From the NCBI GenBank assembly GCA_020051175.1, contig JAGVJJ010000011.1, positions 80,257 through 144,256 on the forward strand: a stretch of 64,000 nucleotides of DNA, read 5' to 3'. The position numbers were made by a program, and so were the translations under genes. Shown here in pieces: positions 62,269 to 64,000 of the stretch; the stretch's first letter is position 1, and every line of letters begins with the position of its first letter. The DNA comes from Bacteroidia bacterium (lineage in GTDB: Bacteria; Bacteroidota; Bacteroidia; 2-12-FULL-35-15). Below the pieces are notes generated by a model. The model did not search any database. It saw only the letters and a program-made list of their open reading frames with translations, and was not told where the DNA came from.

Positions 62269-62423
62269 TTACATTACGTAAATTTACCGAATAAATACGT
62301 TTGTTTTAGGGCTGTTGAAAAGATGTGAAAAAAGAAAATTAAGCATCACTGGGCATCTCTTTGTTTATACAATTCAAAATATTGTTAATTTGGCAAAAGT
62401 AAATTTTGTGAAATTATCTGAGT

Positions 62424-63935
62424 GTGAGTTTTTTAAATATTGATACTGACAAATTAGTTCAGCAGCTTACTTATAATCCAAAAGACCCATTATTGTTTAA
62501 CAGCGGGTTCTTCCTCTTTTTTTTCTGTATATTCTTATTGGGTTACCAGTTTTTATACAAAAAAAAGCTTGGCAGGGTTATCTACTTCACCATTTTTTCA
62601 CTTTATTTCTTCTATAAAGCCTGTGGTTTCTATTTCCTGTTTATACTGCTATCAGCCGTTATTGACTTTAATCTTGCCAACTGGATATATGCCGCTAAAA
62701 CAAAGCGATTGAAGAACGGAATGCTTATTTTTAGTATTGCTATCAATTTAGGATTGCTCTTTTACTTCAAATACACAAACTTTTTTATTGAAATCATCAA
62801 TGACTTCAAACTTGGGAATATTCAGCCTTTGAACCTCATCTTACCTATAGGAATTTCCTTCTATACCTTTGAGAACCTGAGTTATACAATAGATGTATAC
62901 CGTAACAAATTTAAGCCGGTACAGAGCTTTTTGGACTATTGTTTTTTCCTTTCCTTCTTTCCAAAACTGGTGATGGGTCCCATTGTAAGAGCTTCCGACT
63001 TTATTCCCCAAATCCGCAAGGACATTTTTGTTACAAGCGAAGATATATCAAAAGGCTTGTACCTGATAGTGGGCGGACTTTTCAAGAAAGTGGTTATATC
63101 TGACTTTATTTATGTCAATTATGTACAATATATTTTCGATGATCCCTCACGCCATTCCGGAATTGAGTGTTTATTAGGCGTTTACGGATACGCCATGGTG
63201 ATTTACTGCGATTTTTCAGGTTATTCCGACATGGCAATCGGGATGGCACGCTGGATGGGCTTTACGCTAAATGAAAATTTTGATTCCCCTTACCAATCCA
63301 GCAGCATTACCGAATTTTGGCGCAGGTGGCACATTTCATTGTCGTCCTGGCTGAAGGACTACCTGTACATTTCATTGGGTGGCAACAGGGCTGGCAAATT
63401 TCGCCAATACATTAACTTAATGATTACTATGCTTTTAGGAGGCTTGTGGCATGGTGCTTCGTTCAACTTTATTGTATGGGGTGGTATGCACGGGCTTGCA
63501 CTGGCCTTTGACAAGCTGCGTATGTCAGTAGTTGCGCGCTACAACTCCTTTCATGAAGAAACTTTTGGCAGAGCTATTAGTTCCAAAATTGTACAATCCT
63601 TAGGAGTCCTGATTACCTTCCACTTCGTTTGTTTCTGCTGGATTTTCTTCAAAGCATCTACCTTTGAAGATGCAGGGATCATTATCAGCCAGATATTTAC
63701 CAATTTTAATATAGAAGCCTTAGGCGCTCTTATTTCAGCTTACGGAACTGTATTCGCTGTGATGTCATTGGGGTATGCACTGCATTTTATGCCTAAATCC
63801 TATGAGCTTTTCTCTGAGAAAATACTTTCCAAAGCAACCCTTATTGGCAGGGTTGCCATTCTTTTGGTCTTTATCTGGCTGGTAATACAGGTAAAACAGG
63901 CCGATCAGGTGATGCCTATTTATTTGCAGTTTTAG
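62424..63935 (+). CDS. MBOAT-family membrane O-acyltransferase (AlgI/DltB-like)
   Basis: Conserved His region is WRRWHISLSSWLKDYLYI. The protein is multi-TM with a GTG start. Confidence 0.85.
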   Translation: MSFLNIDTDKLVQQLTYNPKDPLLFNSGFFLFFFCIFLLGYQFLYKKKLGRVIYFTIFSLYFFYKACGFYFLFILLSAVIDFNLANWIYAAKTKRLKNGMLIFSIAINLGLLFYFKYTNFFIEIINDFKLGNIQPLNLILPIGISFYTFENLSYTIDVYRNKFKPVQSFLDYCFFLSFFPKLVMGPIVRASDFIPQIRKDIFVTSEDISKGLYLIVGGLFKKVVISDFIYVNYVQYIFDDPSRHSGIECLLGVYGYAMVIYCDFSGYSDMAIGMARWMGFTLNENFDSPYQSSSITEFWRRWHISLSSWLKDYLYISLGGNRAGKFRQYINLMITMLLGGLWHGASFNFIVWGGMHGLALAFDKLRMSVVARYNSFHEETFGRAISSKIVQSLGVLITFHFVCFCWIFFKASTFEDAGIIISQIFTNFNIEALGALISAYGTVFAVMSLGYALHFMPKSYELFSEKILSKATLIGRVAILLVFIWLVIQVKQADQVMPIYLQF

Positions 63936-64000
63936 ATTATCCTTTCATTCTTATATATCACATTGCCCAATTTTTTTAAATTAAACTAAGATCCGATCCT

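Overview
This is a 64-kb segment of a Bacteroidota-type chromosome. The taxon call rests on TAnnTTTG-like promoter boxes, little Shine-Dalgarno usage, WG-repeat proteins and TonB-C 'AEFPGG' proteins; no species call is possible from sequence alone.

Part A (1 to ~22,100) is a visibly A+T-richer accessory region (not computed) that looks like the remnant of an integrated mobile element.
- A 3-gene, translationally coupled, nuclease-rich candidate defence module lies at 1-3365 on the + strand; its first gene is cut by the window edge.
- An ~15-kb, 11-gene minus-strand operon (3369-18192) is dominated by a 1658-aa N6-adenine-methyltransferase 'polyvalent' protein and a 1600-aa SNF2 helicase. It also encodes a Zot-like P-loop ATPase, a DnaA-domain-IV-like HTH protein and two hyper-acidic proteins.
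- A 13-unit, ~24-25-bp periodic iteron-like array sits directly upstream of that operon (18205-18509).
- An XRE regulator / glycosyltransferase module follows.
- At ~22,097 a 5'-truncated serine-recombinase gene meets a 5'-truncated GIY-YIG gene head-to-head.

Part B (~22,400 to 64,000) is core chromosome.
- Crp/Fnr regulator followed by a dioxygenase, an LLM oxidoreductase and an esterase.
- dGTPase, a lipoprotein-type PSD-family decarboxylase, and a two-component system.
- DoxX/HxlR pair.
- The 4-gene ligase-associated DNA-damage-response cluster (exonuclease, ligase, Lhr, PdeM).
- A complete reductive pyrimidine-catabolism operon: mmsA, transaminase, NCS1 permease, dihydropyrimidinase, beta-ureidopropionase-like amidase, preT, preA.
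- tRNA-Leu(CAG), ahcY, pnuC plus a NadR-like kinase, DUF58, trxA, dnaE and an MBOAT acyltransferase.

The most unusual signal is non-coding. Every long spacer of the pyrimidine operon is a stop-codon-to-start-codon hairpin built from GTTAT / ATAAC heptad arrays. One of these hairpins carries a four-helix-bundle (23S-rRNA-IVS/Avd-family) gene in its loop. Hairpins of the same architecture but with different heptads occur at three other loci.

All functional calls come from motifs read by eye; no database search was possible.
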